Positions 25,854 through 35,659 are shown, counted from the stretch's first letter. The stretch is 64,000 bases of DNA from an uncultured Acidobacteriaceae bacterium (GCA_963705765.1 CAVPKU010000054.1:31659-95658), one strand, 5' to 3'. The notes: a model not told the origin generated them from the sequence alone. Made by a program: numbers and translations.

Positions 25854-27125
25854 TCATCCGGGGAAGACAAACATGGCTACGCCGGCGGCAAACATGGCGA
25901 CCGTGGTGATGAACACCGCCACAAAGCCCAGGCGCGAGCTGGGCTGACCCTGCATTAGCTTCTTATCCGAAGCCACGACCAGGATGCCGACCAGCAGGAA
26001 TGGCGCCAGCAGTCCGTTGATCACCGCCGTCCAGTAGAGTGCCCTCACCGGATTCACGCCCGCAAAATTGAGACCGACTCCAACAGCGGTCGAGAGAAGG
26101 ATCAGACCGTAGAACCATCGCGCCTGTTTCAGTTTCCGATTGAGGCCCTGCCGCCATCCCAGGGTTTCCGCGAAAGCATACGCCGACGATCCCGCCAGAG
26201 TCGGGATGGCGAGAAATCCGACGCCAACAATACCCACCGTAAACAGAGTCGCAGCGAATCTGCCGGCGAGCGGCCGAAGGGCTTCAGCCGCCTGGCGGGT
26301 GGTTTCGATGTGAGTCAGACCGTGCCGGTTGAGGGTGATTCCCGTGGTCAGAATAATGAAGAACATCACCATATTCGAGAAAAACGCGCCAACGCCTACG
26401 TCGATGTTCCTCATGTCCAGTTCCTGGACGGACGCACCTTTGCGCATCGCCAGGGTCTTCTGGCCAGCCTCTTTTTCTTCCTCCACTTCTTCGCTTGCCT
26501 GCCAGAAGAAAAGATACGGGCTGATGGTCGTACCGAGAATCGCCACCAGCATCGACCATTCATCTCTGCCGTGCGGCATGGAGGGCACGAACGTAGAGCG
26601 TGCAACCTGTCGCCAGTCAGCTCCCACCACAAAGGCAGTGATGGGATAGGCAAACAGGACCAGCACCAACCACTTGAGCGTGTTTGCGATCTGTTGATAA
26701 CGGAGCCGGACTGTGGCCCATGAGATCAGCAGCGCGAAGATCACGACGTAGATGTGCGAATTGAGCCCCGTCAACATAGCCGCGGCATCCGACATGCCGG
26801 CGAGGTCGGCTCCGATGTTGATCGTATTGGCGACCAGCAACGCGCTCACGAATATGTAAAGCAGCCACGCTGGAAATCGCGCCTTCAGATTCCCGGCCAG
26901 ACCCTGGCCGGTCACCTTGCCAATGCGCGCACACATCATCTGAACCGCGGCCATCAGCGGCCAGGCGAGCGCAGCAGTCCACAGCAGTCTGGTTCCGAAC
27001 TGCGCGCCCGCAACCGTATAGGTCGCAATCCCGGATGGATCATCATCGGCCGCCCCCGTGATCACGCCCGGGCCAATCGACTTCAACAGAAGTCGCGTCC
27101 GTCGGGAAAGGGAGAGCGTGGGCAC
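25854..27125 (-). CDS. Nramp-related (SLC11 family) transporter with non-canonical metal-site residues
   Basis: IGPGVITGAADDDPSGIATY and an 11-TM profile. The first ~45 codons of the ORF-track frame (to 27260) are Arg-rich and non-protein-like, so a GTG start at 27125 (or TTG at 27086) is assumed. The start is uncertain. Confidence 0.75.
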   Translation of the reverse strand: MPTLSLSRRTRLLLKSIGPGVITGAADDDPSGIATYTVAGAQFGTRLLWTAALAWPLMAAVQMMCARIGKVTGQGLAGNLKARFPAWLLYIFVSALLVANTINIGADLAGMSDAAAMLTGLNSHIYVVIFALLISWATVRLRYQQIANTLKWLVLVLFAYPITAFVVGADWRQVARSTFVPSMPHGRDEWSMLVAILGTTISPYLFFWQASEEVEEEKEAGQKTLAMRKGASVQELDMRNIDVGVGAFFSNMVMFFIILTTGITLNRHGLTHIETTRQAAEALRPLAGRFAATLFTVGIVGVGFLAIPTLAGSSAYAFAETLGWRQGLNRKLKQARWFYGLILLSTAVGVGLNFAGVNPVRALYWTAVINGLLAPFLLVGILVVASDKKLMQGQPSSRLGFVAVFITTVAMFAAGVAMFVFPG

Positions 27126-27355
27126 GATGAGTCGGAGTGCTGGAATCCTGCGTCGGTTGCCAGGGAAGCGTGCATTGCAGCATCTGGGGAACCACGGTGC
27201 CAATCGTCCGGTGCTCGTTGCTGTCCGTCGAAGTTTCCGCATCCAATCGCGGCGGGGCAAGCCATTCGCCCTTGGTCATCGCCCTGGAAGTTCCGGCTGA
27301 ACCAACGAGCGCCTCGTTTCTCTGACAGATTCATGCAGCGGGACGCTTCAGCAAG

Positions 27356-28279
27356 TCACGGCCAAAGACGGGCCGCTCCACGGACGCCGCTGGAATCGCC
27401 ATGTTTCGCGGGTACGACCGGGGTGGCCGCCGACTTGCCGAAGGCCCAGTTGCCGATCTTCGGCGGCACGTTGCGATAAAGGCGCTCGATGCGGGAAAGC
27501 CCTCCGCCCAGCACGATGATGTCGGGATCAAGCAGGTTGACCACATGGGCCAGCGCCCGAGCGAGACGATCTTCGTAGCGCTCCATTGCGGCCCTGGCCA
27601 GCGGTTCGCCTGCATCGGCTGCGACGGCGATGTCGGATGCGGAAAGCGCGGACCGAAGCTCGGATCCCGAGTCGCGCCGGTAATCTTCTTCAAGCGCCGG
27701 ACCGCAGAGCCATCGCTCAATACAGCCACGCTGGCCGCAATAGCACGCATCACCGGGATACTCGTCGGGGCGCTGCCAGGGCAGCGGATTGTGGCCCCAT
27801 TCTCCGGCGAGGCCGTTCGGTCCAGAGTGCATGCGGCCATCGAGGGCAATGCCCGCGCCACAGCCAGTGCCAAGAATCGCCGCAAAGACGACAGGCTTCC
27901 CGGCGGCGGCACCATCGATGGCCTCAGAGATTGCGAGGCAATTCGCGTCGTTCACGCAGCGTACCTCGCGGCCCAAAGCAACAGACAGATCTTTCTCGAG
28001 CGGCTTTCCGTTCAGCCACGTCGAGTTCGCATTCTTCACCAGCCCCGTTGCGGGGACGATCGAGCCGGGAATCCCGACGCCGATGGGACCGGTGGGGCCG
28101 ACTTCGCGCTCGATCGATGCGATCAGTTCTACAGCCGCGCGGATCGAGCCCGCGTAGTCGTGGCGCGGCGTGGGAATGCGGACGCGACGGAGTTCGCGGC
28201 CATCCGCATCCATCGCCAGCGCCTCAATTTTTGTGCCGCCCCAGTCGATGCCGATGCGGACGCCACGCACCTGCGTCAT
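27356..28279 (-). CDS. ROK-family sugar kinase (NagK/Mak-like)
   Basis: IGIDWGGTKIE ATP-binding N-terminus, and the ROK zinc motif CYCGQRGCIERW preceded by GEWGH. The ATG at 28279 overlaps the upstream TGA (ATGA). Confidence 0.8.
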   Translation of the reverse strand: MTQVRGVRIGIDWGGTKIEALAMDADGRELRRVRIPTPRHDYAGSIRAAVELIASIEREVGPTGPIGVGIPGSIVPATGLVKNANSTWLNGKPLEKDLSVALGREVRCVNDANCLAISEAIDGAAAGKPVVFAAILGTGCGAGIALDGRMHSGPNGLAGEWGHNPLPWQRPDEYPGDACYCGQRGCIERWLCGPALEEDYRRDSGSELRSALSASDIAVAADAGEPLARAAMERYEDRLARALAHVVNLLDPDIIVLGGGLSRIERLYRNVPPKIGNWAFGKSAATPVVPAKHGDSSGVRGAARLWP

Positions 28280-29373
28280 GATCGGCTGGTTCCCCAATCG
28301 TCCAGCGCAGTGGCCAGGCGTTTCAATGCTTCGCCGGTCATCGCCGGATCGCCACCGATGCCGATGCGGAAATGATCCGGCATTTCAAAAAATCGTCCTG
28401 GCACCACGCTGGTTTCATAACAAGCCCGCAGAAATTCGCAAAACTCATCGACGGAGCCGTTCTTCAGCCGTGGAAAAATCACCGTGCCCCAGCGACTGCT
28501 GAAGCCATCAAGATCGCCGCGGCCGCTGAAGAACGCATCGAGCGCCTTGCGGTTGGTGTCCAGAAGCGCCCGGGCACGCGCATCGATTTTGCCGAGTTGA
28601 TCGAGGGCCGCGACACTCAGCAGTTCGCCAGGATGCACGGGGCTGGCTGCAAAGAGATCGTTGAGCCGCCACATCCGCTTCGCGATCTCCGGCTGCGCCA
28701 GAATCCAGCCGCAGCGAATACCGCTGAGCCCGTATGCCTTGGTGAGGCTGGTGGTCACAAGAAAATTGGTGCCGAGGTGGAACGAAGAGCGCTGCGGCTG
28801 GTCGTAAACCATGTCGAGATAGACTTCGTCGACCAGCACCTGCGCGCCCGTTTTTTCGGCGATCCTGCCAATTCGGGCCAGCGTGTCTTCGCTGGTTAAC
28901 GCGCCCGACGGATTGTGCAGATTGGTCAGGCAGATGAGGCGAGTCTTCGCCGTGATGCTGCGCGCAACGTCGTCAGCGTCGATCTGAAAGTCCTGGTCGG
29001 CGCGGCGTTCGAAGCGGAGAATGTTGGCACTCAGGTACGACCCCACTTCGAGGACCGGTCCATAGGTTGGCTGCTCGATCAGTACATCGTCGCCCGGTTC
29101 GAGAAGAGCCGCCATGGCCAGGTGATTTGCCATTGAGGTGCCTGCGGCGGCGACCACGCAATCCGGCGTGACGCCGCACTTGCGCGCCAGACGCTCCTGC
29201 AGCGGCGCATAGCCATAGACGGTCGGGCCGTTGATCTCAAGATCCTGTGCTGATACGTGCAGCTCCGCGAGCGGATAGCTCATGATGCCGCTGGTGGCCA
29301 GGTTATATTTTGCGGGCGAGCAGAGTTTCGCCCACTCCATGTAAGTGGACGCGACCGCACGCGCATTTCTCAT
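28276..29373 (-). CDS. class I/II pyridoxal-phosphate-dependent aminotransferase
   Basis: ORF-track frame was trimmed to ATG 29373, which overlaps the permease stop (ATGA). NLHNPSG and SLTKAYGLSGIRCGW (PLP-lysine) motifs. Confidence 0.8.
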   Translation of the reverse strand: MRNARAVASTYMEWAKLCSPAKYNLATSGIMSYPLAELHVSAQDLEINGPTVYGYAPLQERLARKCGVTPDCVVAAAGTSMANHLAMAALLEPGDDVLIEQPTYGPVLEVGSYLSANILRFERRADQDFQIDADDVARSITAKTRLICLTNLHNPSGALTSEDTLARIGRIAEKTGAQVLVDEVYLDMVYDQPQRSSFHLGTNFLVTTSLTKAYGLSGIRCGWILAQPEIAKRMWRLNDLFAASPVHPGELLSVAALDQLGKIDARARALLDTNRKALDAFFSGRGDLDGFSSRWGTVIFPRLKNGSVDEFCEFLRACYETSVVPGRFFEMPDHFRIGIGGDPAMTGEALKRLATALDDWGTSRS

Positions 29374-30767
29374 TCTGTTGCCTCCCTGCGCCGGCGCCGC
29401 TGCCACAGCGCGTACACCGGCAATCCGACCAGGATGATCACAAATCCAATGGAGCTGTTGCGAGGATACTTCCACAGCGCATTGGCGACGATGAGCCAAC
29501 ACGACAAGATGAAGACGAGTGTAGTGAACGGATGGCCAGGGACGCGAAAGCCGGGCCCGGTGGGCTGCGTGCGTTCGCGCCTGCGAAGAACAAACAGGCA
29601 CGTCGCGCTCAGGCCGAAAAAAGTGAAGTCAATCGGGGCCTGGAAGTTCAGGATCTGCTCATATTTTCCGCTGAGGGCGATGACGACCGCCCAGACGCTT
29701 TGCAGAACGATAGCAACAACGGGAACCTGAGTCTTGCGTGTAAGGTACGCAACGCCGCGAAAGAAGAGGCCATCCTCGGCCATGGCGAAGTAAACGCGGG
29801 GTCCGGTGAGGACGGACTGGCTGAGGAATCCGATGGTGGACACGGCGATGCCCAGCGCGATGAGCCGCGCTCCCCTCTCGCCGGCCACAATCCGCATCAC
29901 CGAACTGGCGGGGACGCTGGTTGCGGCCAGCGCTGTGACTCCCAGGGCGCGAAGGCAGACGATGTTGACGGACACATAGAGCACCACCACAGCCGCGACG
30001 CCAATCACCAGGGCGCGACCGAGATTCCTGCGCGCGTCGCGTATCTCGCTGGCGATAAAGTTCGTGGTCTGCCACCCTCCGTAGGAAAAGAGGACCGGGA
30101 CCATGGCCGCGCCCAGTGCGGTGATCAGGTCAAAGCCGACAGGACGATCGAGGACTGGGTGAAGCACGGGTTTGGGCGCGCGCACCAGCAGGAAGCCGGC
30201 GCCAACCAGTGCCGCGACGGCAGCGATCTTCAGCACCATGAGCACGCTCTGGAAGCGGCCACCTGGTTTGACTCCGAGGCAGTTCACAACGGTGAGCAAG
30301 GCGAGCGTGACGATCACGACCCAGTGCTCGGAGTACGGCAGGTGCGTCAATTCCAGGAAGTAACGCGCGAAGGTGACGGAGACCGCCGCCATGCCGCCGG
30401 TCTGAATGATGAGCAGCAGGGCCCAGCCGTAAAGAAATCCGAAAACGGGATGCAGGGACTGGCGGAGGTATTCGTACTGGCCGCCGACCTCAGGTATACG
30501 CGCTCCGAGCTCCGCATAAATGAACGAGCCGAGGATGGCGATGATGCCTCCGGCCACCCACACCGAGAGAATGAGCACCGGGGAATGCAGGCGTTGAGCG
30601 ACGACGTAAGGGTTCATAAAGACGCCCGCGCCCACGATGCCGCCCATGACCATCATCGTCGCATCGAAGAGGCCGAGCTTCGGCACGAGTCTCGGGCGGT
30701 CGTTCTCGACGTCCAGGGGTAGTTGTGTCACCGAAGCGAATTCTATCTGAGAGAAGCCAGTTGCCAT
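29370..30767 (-). CDS. APC-family amino acid permease
   Basis: 465 aa and 12 TM. GLFDATMMVMGGIVGAGVF N-terminal motif of amino acid permeases. Confidence 0.85.
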   Translation of the reverse strand: MATGFSQIEFASVTQLPLDVENDRPRLVPKLGLFDATMMVMGGIVGAGVFMNPYVVAQRLHSPVLILSVWVAGGIIAILGSFIYAELGARIPEVGGQYEYLRQSLHPVFGFLYGWALLLIIQTGGMAAVSVTFARYFLELTHLPYSEHWVVIVTLALLTVVNCLGVKPGGRFQSVLMVLKIAAVAALVGAGFLLVRAPKPVLHPVLDRPVGFDLITALGAAMVPVLFSYGGWQTTNFIASEIRDARRNLGRALVIGVAAVVVLYVSVNIVCLRALGVTALAATSVPASSVMRIVAGERGARLIALGIAVSTIGFLSQSVLTGPRVYFAMAEDGLFFRGVAYLTRKTQVPVVAIVLQSVWAVVIALSGKYEQILNFQAPIDFTFFGLSATCLFVLRRRERTQPTGPGFRVPGHPFTTLVFILSCWLIVANALWKYPRNSSIGFVIILVGLPVYALWQRRRRREATE

Positions 30768-30823
30768 CCTCTGGAGTTCGGAGGACGATCCCCAAAATCA
30801 AATTCAGCAGAAGAAACACATGC

Positions 30824-30851
30824 GGCACGGCCTCTCGCGTGCGCCGTGTCC
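30824..30851. repeat. degenerate copy of GGCACGGC...GCCGTG(C)C REP-like palindrome
   Basis: GGCACGGCctctcgcgtgcGCCGTGTCC in the divergent intergenic region between the permease and fkbH-like genes. Confidence 0.35.
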
Positions 30852-30917
30852 ATTTGTTCTTTTGATAAACTCAGATCATCCGCAGGTCAAGCGCGCTCGG
30901 AAGGGTCAAATCATCGA

Positions 30918-32786
30918 ATGGAGCTATTCTGGCTGCCCAAAGCGACAGACTGGAACGCTTCCCTCCGCACCGCCAGGAACGCTCCCGCTCCGGAGGCAGC
31001 AGCGCAGTTGGTCGCCCTCGCCAACCATCAACTTGATTTTGTGCAAACGGCCAAGCTCGATCGGGTTGTCCTCCAGTTTGGAGAAGCACTCCATCCTCAT
31101 CTTGACCGGACCCCAGCGCTGCGGCTGGCGATGATCGGCTCCTCGACCCTGGCTCATCTGGTGCCGGCGATTCGTGTGTCAGCACTGCGACGCGGTTTCC
31201 GGGTGGACGTATTCGAAGGCCACTATGGCGTGTATATGCAGGAGCTTGCCGCCCGCGGATCCGAACTCCATGCCTTCAAGCCCGATGTTGTGCTGCTGGC
31301 TCTGGACGCGCACCATATCGCATCCAGTGAAGGAGCGAACACCGAAACTGCGCTTGCCACCATGCGGTCGTGCTGGAGGCTGATTACCGAAGAGCTGCAT
31401 GCTGTCGTTCTGCAACAAACGGTTCTCCCGGTTTTCCCTCCGCTGCTTGGGAACAATGAGCACGAGATGACCAATTCCCCGGCTCATCTGATTGCCGATT
31501 TGAATCAGCAGCTGCGCCCCGCGGCCCGTGAGGCCGGCGTCCGGCTGCTGGCTGTCGACCATTTGGCCGAGAAGTGGGGAACGCGATCCTTGTTTGACCC
31601 CGCGCTCTGGCACAGATCGAAGCAGGAGATTCACCCGACGGCGGCACCCTTGTGGGGCGATCATGTGGGCCGAATCCTCGGGGCCGTCCGCGGCCTATCC
31701 TCAAAATGCCTCGTCCTGGATCTTGACAACACTCTATGGGGTGGAGTGGTTGGCGACGACGGTATCGAAGGGATCCTTCTCGGCCAGGGCAATGCAGTCG
31801 GCGAAGCCTATGTCGCATTCCAGCGTTTTGCTTTGTCGCTGGCGAACCGTGGGATCATTCTGGCCGTCTGTTCAAAGAATGAGGACGCCACGGCGCGCGC
31901 TGTGTTTGAGCAGCACCCCGAAATGGTCCTGCGAATGAAGGATCTGGCCTGCTTTGTTGCGAACTGGGACGATAAGGCCGCCAACCTGCGCGCGATTGCG
32001 AAGTCGCTGAATATCGGACTCGATTCCATCGTATTTGCTGACGACAATCCCTTCGAACGCAATCTCGTCCGCCAGGAACTTCCGATGGTTGCGGTTCCCG
32101 AGCTTCCGGAGGATTCGGCGCTCTATGCAGAAACGATCGCGGAAGGAGGATATTTTGAAGCGATCGGCCTGACTCACGAGGATCGCGAGCGAGTGAGCAA
32201 CTACCGGGCGAACTCAGAACGGGAGCAGCTGCGGGAAAGCGTGACCGACATGGCCAGCTATCTGCGCGATCTGGAAATGCGGCTGGTATGGTCGCCCTTT
32301 GATGGGATCGGGCTACCCCGGATTACGCAACTGATCAACAAGAGCAACCAGTTCAATCTCACCACACGCCGATATACCCAGACCGAAGTTGCTGAACTGA
32401 TGGCCGATCCGCAGGTCATCACACTGCAACTGCGGCTGATCGACCGCTTCGGTGATAATGGCATGGTCGTCGTGATTATTGGCCGGATGCGGGAAGAGGC
32501 GAGCCTGGAGTTGGATACATGGCTGATGAGTTGCCGGGTTCTGGGCCGCCAGGTGGAAGAAGAGACGCTGAATCTGATCGTAGAACAGGCCCGCAACGCA
32601 GGAGTGAAGCAACTGCGCGGCGTATTCACCCCGACAGCGAAGAACGCCATGGTTCGGGAGCACTACGCGAAGCTGGGATTTTCATTGGTCGATACAGCGA
32701 CCGATCAAAGCACGGCGTGGTCGCTCAACGTAAGCTCTTATCAGCAGAAGCACACCCACATCAGGCTAGTTGAAGGCAGCCATTGA
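30918..32786 (+). CDS. FkbH-like HAD-IIIC family protein with C-terminal GNAT-like domain
   Basis: ORF-track frame was trimmed to ATG 30918. KCLVLDLDNTLWGGVVGDDGIEGI (HAD motif I), ILAVCSKN, FADDNPFERN. The C-terminal DRFGDNGMVVVIIG...MSCRVLGRQVEE resembles the acyltransferase-fold domain seen in FkbH-like proteins. Confidence 0.8.
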   Translation: MELFWLPKATDWNASLRTARNAPAPEAAAQLVALANHQLDFVQTAKLDRVVLQFGEALHPHLDRTPALRLAMIGSSTLAHLVPAIRVSALRRGFRVDVFEGHYGVYMQELAARGSELHAFKPDVVLLALDAHHIASSEGANTETALATMRSCWRLITEELHAVVLQQTVLPVFPPLLGNNEHEMTNSPAHLIADLNQQLRPAAREAGVRLLAVDHLAEKWGTRSLFDPALWHRSKQEIHPTAAPLWGDHVGRILGAVRGLSSKCLVLDLDNTLWGGVVGDDGIEGILLGQGNAVGEAYVAFQRFALSLANRGIILAVCSKNEDATARAVFEQHPEMVLRMKDLACFVANWDDKAANLRAIAKSLNIGLDSIVFADDNPFERNLVRQELPMVAVPELPEDSALYAETIAEGGYFEAIGLTHEDRERVSNYRANSEREQLRESVTDMASYLRDLEMRLVWSPFDGIGLPRITQLINKSNQFNLTTRRYTQTEVAELMADPQVITLQLRLIDRFGDNGMVVVIIGRMREEASLELDTWLMSCRVLGRQVEEETLNLIVEQARNAGVKQLRGVFTPTAKNAMVREHYAKLGFSLVDTATDQSTAWSLNVSSYQQKHTHIRLVEGSH

Positions 32787-33037
32787 CCAGCGAACAGATC
32801 TACACCCAACTCACTGCGATCTTCCACGATCTCTTCGATGACGAATCGATCGTGCTGACGCCGGAGACAACGGCCGCCGACGTCCCGGGGTGGGACTCCT
32901 TTAATCACATCAACCTGATCGTGGCCACCGAAGCGCGGTTTGGGATCAAGTTCAATACCGCGGAAATTGAGTCGCTGAGCAACGTGGGCCATTTTGTGCA
33001 GGTCATTCAGTCGAAGATGGGTTTGAGGCCACGGTAA
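32783..33037 (+). CDS. acyl/peptidyl carrier protein
   Basis: 84 aa. The start overlaps the upstream stop. GWDSFNHINL contains the phosphopantetheine-attachment Ser in a DltC/ACP-like helix II context. Confidence 0.8.
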   Translation: MTSEQIYTQLTAIFHDLFDDESIVLTPETTAADVPGWDSFNHINLIVATEARFGIKFNTAEIESLSNVGHFVQVIQSKMGLRPR

Positions 33038-34095
33038 ATGCCACCGGAGGGTAGTTCTGGGCCAACGTTAACTATGCCAACGGAGACACCGCCAGTGCAG
33101 AAGGCCGGCAAGTACACGAAGGCCCTCTTCTGGTCGATTCCAGCGCTGCCCCTGGTTCTGCTTCTTCTGGCAATGGTGGCGATCCGATCGCGTGCCTTCG
33201 AACGCTACGCAGATTCGCCCTGGACAAAGGGGTACCCGGGACTGTTCTTGTCGAGCCATCAGGCCTGCGACGTGTTGATTTATGGAGACTCTGTCGCCAT
33301 GACGGGGCTGGATCCCGGCGTCGTGAAAGCTGAAACGGGCCTCAGGACCTGCAACATCGCCGTGCCGGGAGACGTGCTGCAGGCCCTTGGCACGGGCCCG
33401 CTTGACGATTATTTGCGCAGAAACCCGCAGCCCAGATATCTGGTTTTTCACGTGAATATGTATCGTCTCTTTCGAGCCGCGTTCGGGACCCTCCAGCAGT
33501 CCTCGCGATCACGATCTCGCCCACGAGCGGAACCTTGCATTCGATGTATTCATTCCGGTGCTCCGTTATGAAGGCCAGGGCCGGGGATATTGGGATATGT
33601 TGCATTCTCCGGATAACTTCATCGGACTGATGCAATACGTGTATATCGATGGAATCCGATCCTTCTGGAAGCGCGAAGTAGTGAAGCAGGCTCCTCCGGT
33701 TGACGATGCAGAGGGTTCCTATATCGTCATTCCCGAACCTGCAATGCAGGAGTGCGATTCGCTTCACGTTTACGATAATCTGCCGGCGCCGGAACGAATC
33801 ACTGCGGATTATTTGCGGAGTTCCTATGCCGCGAGAGCCGATCACGTATTGATCGATGTCGCTCCGATGCCCAATTGTGTGGGCTCCCTTTTCACACCGA
33901 TCTGGCGGACTCAGTTTCAGGGCGCTGTCGATAACACGCTGCAGTATTGGCCCAACCAGTTTTTTGTAGACGAACGTGGGGCATTTGACCCGGTCCGGCG
34001 CCATCCGAGTCTCCGAGGAGCTGGCCAACGAACTAAACCGGCTGTCGCAGCGTGGAATGACCGCAGCCGAAGCCCCTCCCATGGTTCCGAAATAG
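33038..34095 (+). pseudogene. membrane-anchored SGNH/DltD-like protein, disrupted by two frameshifts
   Basis: N-terminal TM (ALFWSIPALPLVLLLLAMVAI) and a YGDSVAMTG (GDS) block in frame 2. The coding signal moves to frame 0 around 33490-33515, then to frame 1 around 33970-33985 (GGGG run 33978-33981). That last frame gives ...DERGHLTRSGAIRVSEELANELNRL... ending at TAG 34093-34095. GC3 is clearly higher in the proposed frames. Confidence 0.55.
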
Positions 34096-34145
34096 TTGGA
34101 TGAGCGGCGAACTGAAAATTCGATACAAGGATATCTGTACACTGC

Positions 34146-35659
34146 ATGCTTTTTAACTCCGCCGCATTCCTGATGTTTTTTCTGCCGGCCGTCTGCGTCG
34201 GCTATCAGATCGTGGCCCGATTCGGCCGCCGCGCCACCATCGCATGGCTGGCTTTCATGTCGGTTGTCTTCTATTCCTGGTGGGACTGGCGTTTCGTTTT
34301 TGTGCTGGTCGGATCCATGTTAGTGAATTTCACAGCATCTCGTCTGATTGCCGCCGCTTCGACAGCGGAACGCCGAAGGTTCTGGATGATTACCGGCGTC
34401 ACTGTCGATCTCGGCGTGCTGTTCTGTTTCAAGTACATGTTTCACCTGCTGCGATTCTTCACCTCCGTTGGATTGACTCACCACCAATGGGGCGACATCG
34501 CGCTTCCGCTCGGCATTTCTTTCTTCACATTCACCCAGATCGGATATCTGGTCGATCTCGCCCAGGGCCAGGCCGAACCGCAGAACATTGTCGAGTACGC
34601 GCTCTTTGTTACATTCTTCCCCATCTGATCGCGGGGCCCATCATCCATCACAGGGAAATGATGCCGCAGTTCCTGGAGAAACGGGATCCGCGCCTCAACA
34701 TGGAAGACATGCTGGTGGGTATGAGCTGGTTTGTCCTGGGCCTGGCGAAAAAATGCATCCTTGCTGATCATCTGGCCACGGTGGCGGAACGCGCCTTTGC
34801 CGATCCACACGCGCTTGGTGCGGCTCAGGCATGGCTTGGGATCGTCCTCTACTCATTACAACTCTATTTCGATTTCTCCGGCTATTCCGACATGGCCATT
34901 GGCCTGGCTCGGATGTTCTCGATCCGTTTTCCGCTCAACTTCAATTCGCCCTACAAGGCCCGGAACATCATCGATTTTTGGCAGCGGTGGCACATGACGC
35001 TGACCCGCTGGCTGACGCTCTACCTCTACAACCCGATTGCACTGTCGGTGAGCCGCCGCCGGCTCGCTGCCGGCAAGAAAGTTTCCCAAAGGGCAGCCCG
35101 CACCGTTCCGGGTTTCCTGGCCATGGTCGCTTGGCCGACTCTCGCCACGATGTTTCTGATTGGAATCTGGCACGGCGCCGGATCGCAGTTCATCATCTTT
35201 GGCATCCTGCATGGGATCTATCTCAGTGTGAATCATGCGTGGAGACTGTACCGGGGAGAAGCCGCCCTGCGCCATCAGCCGAACGCGCTAGTTCGGGTAA
35301 GCTCCATCCTGCTGACCTATTTGTGCGTGCTGCTGGCGCAGGTGTTCTTCCGGGCCGACAGCACCTTCGATGCCATGCATTTCCTGGCGGGGATGGCGGG
35401 ATTGCACGGCCGCCATATGGCCGGTTGGCCGGTTGCGCATGCGGAATTGATGATGGCAGTCGTGGGCCTCTCGATCGTGTGGTGGCTGCCGAATACACAG
35501 GAGATCATGGGTCAGGCCGGAGCCATAGTTCGGTACAGATACTGGAGATGGTTGTCGTGGCAACCAACCTGGCAATGGAGCCTGACGATGGGACTCTTGT
35601 TCTGCGCTGCTCTGCTGCTCCTCAAGAACAGAGCCACGTTCCTCTACTTCCAATTCTGA
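34146..35659 (+). pseudogene. MBOAT family O-acyltransferase (AlgI/DltB-like), single frameshift
   Basis: The 160-aa N-terminal ORF ends ...EYALFVTFFPI* at 34628. The rest continues in another frame as HLIAGPIIHH... to FLYFQF*. Adding one C to the CCCC run at 34619-34622 restores the conserved FFPHLIAGPI motif. The conserved His block WHMTLTRWL is present. Confidence 0.8.

Noticed and set aside
27126-27355. Known metal riboswitch (M-box or yybP-ykoY) in the Nramp leader, and Moco riboswitch in the fdhA leader (55825-55959).
   Set aside because: I could not recognise the conserved cores by eye. The idea is kept only as a suggestion for an Rfam scan, not as a feature.
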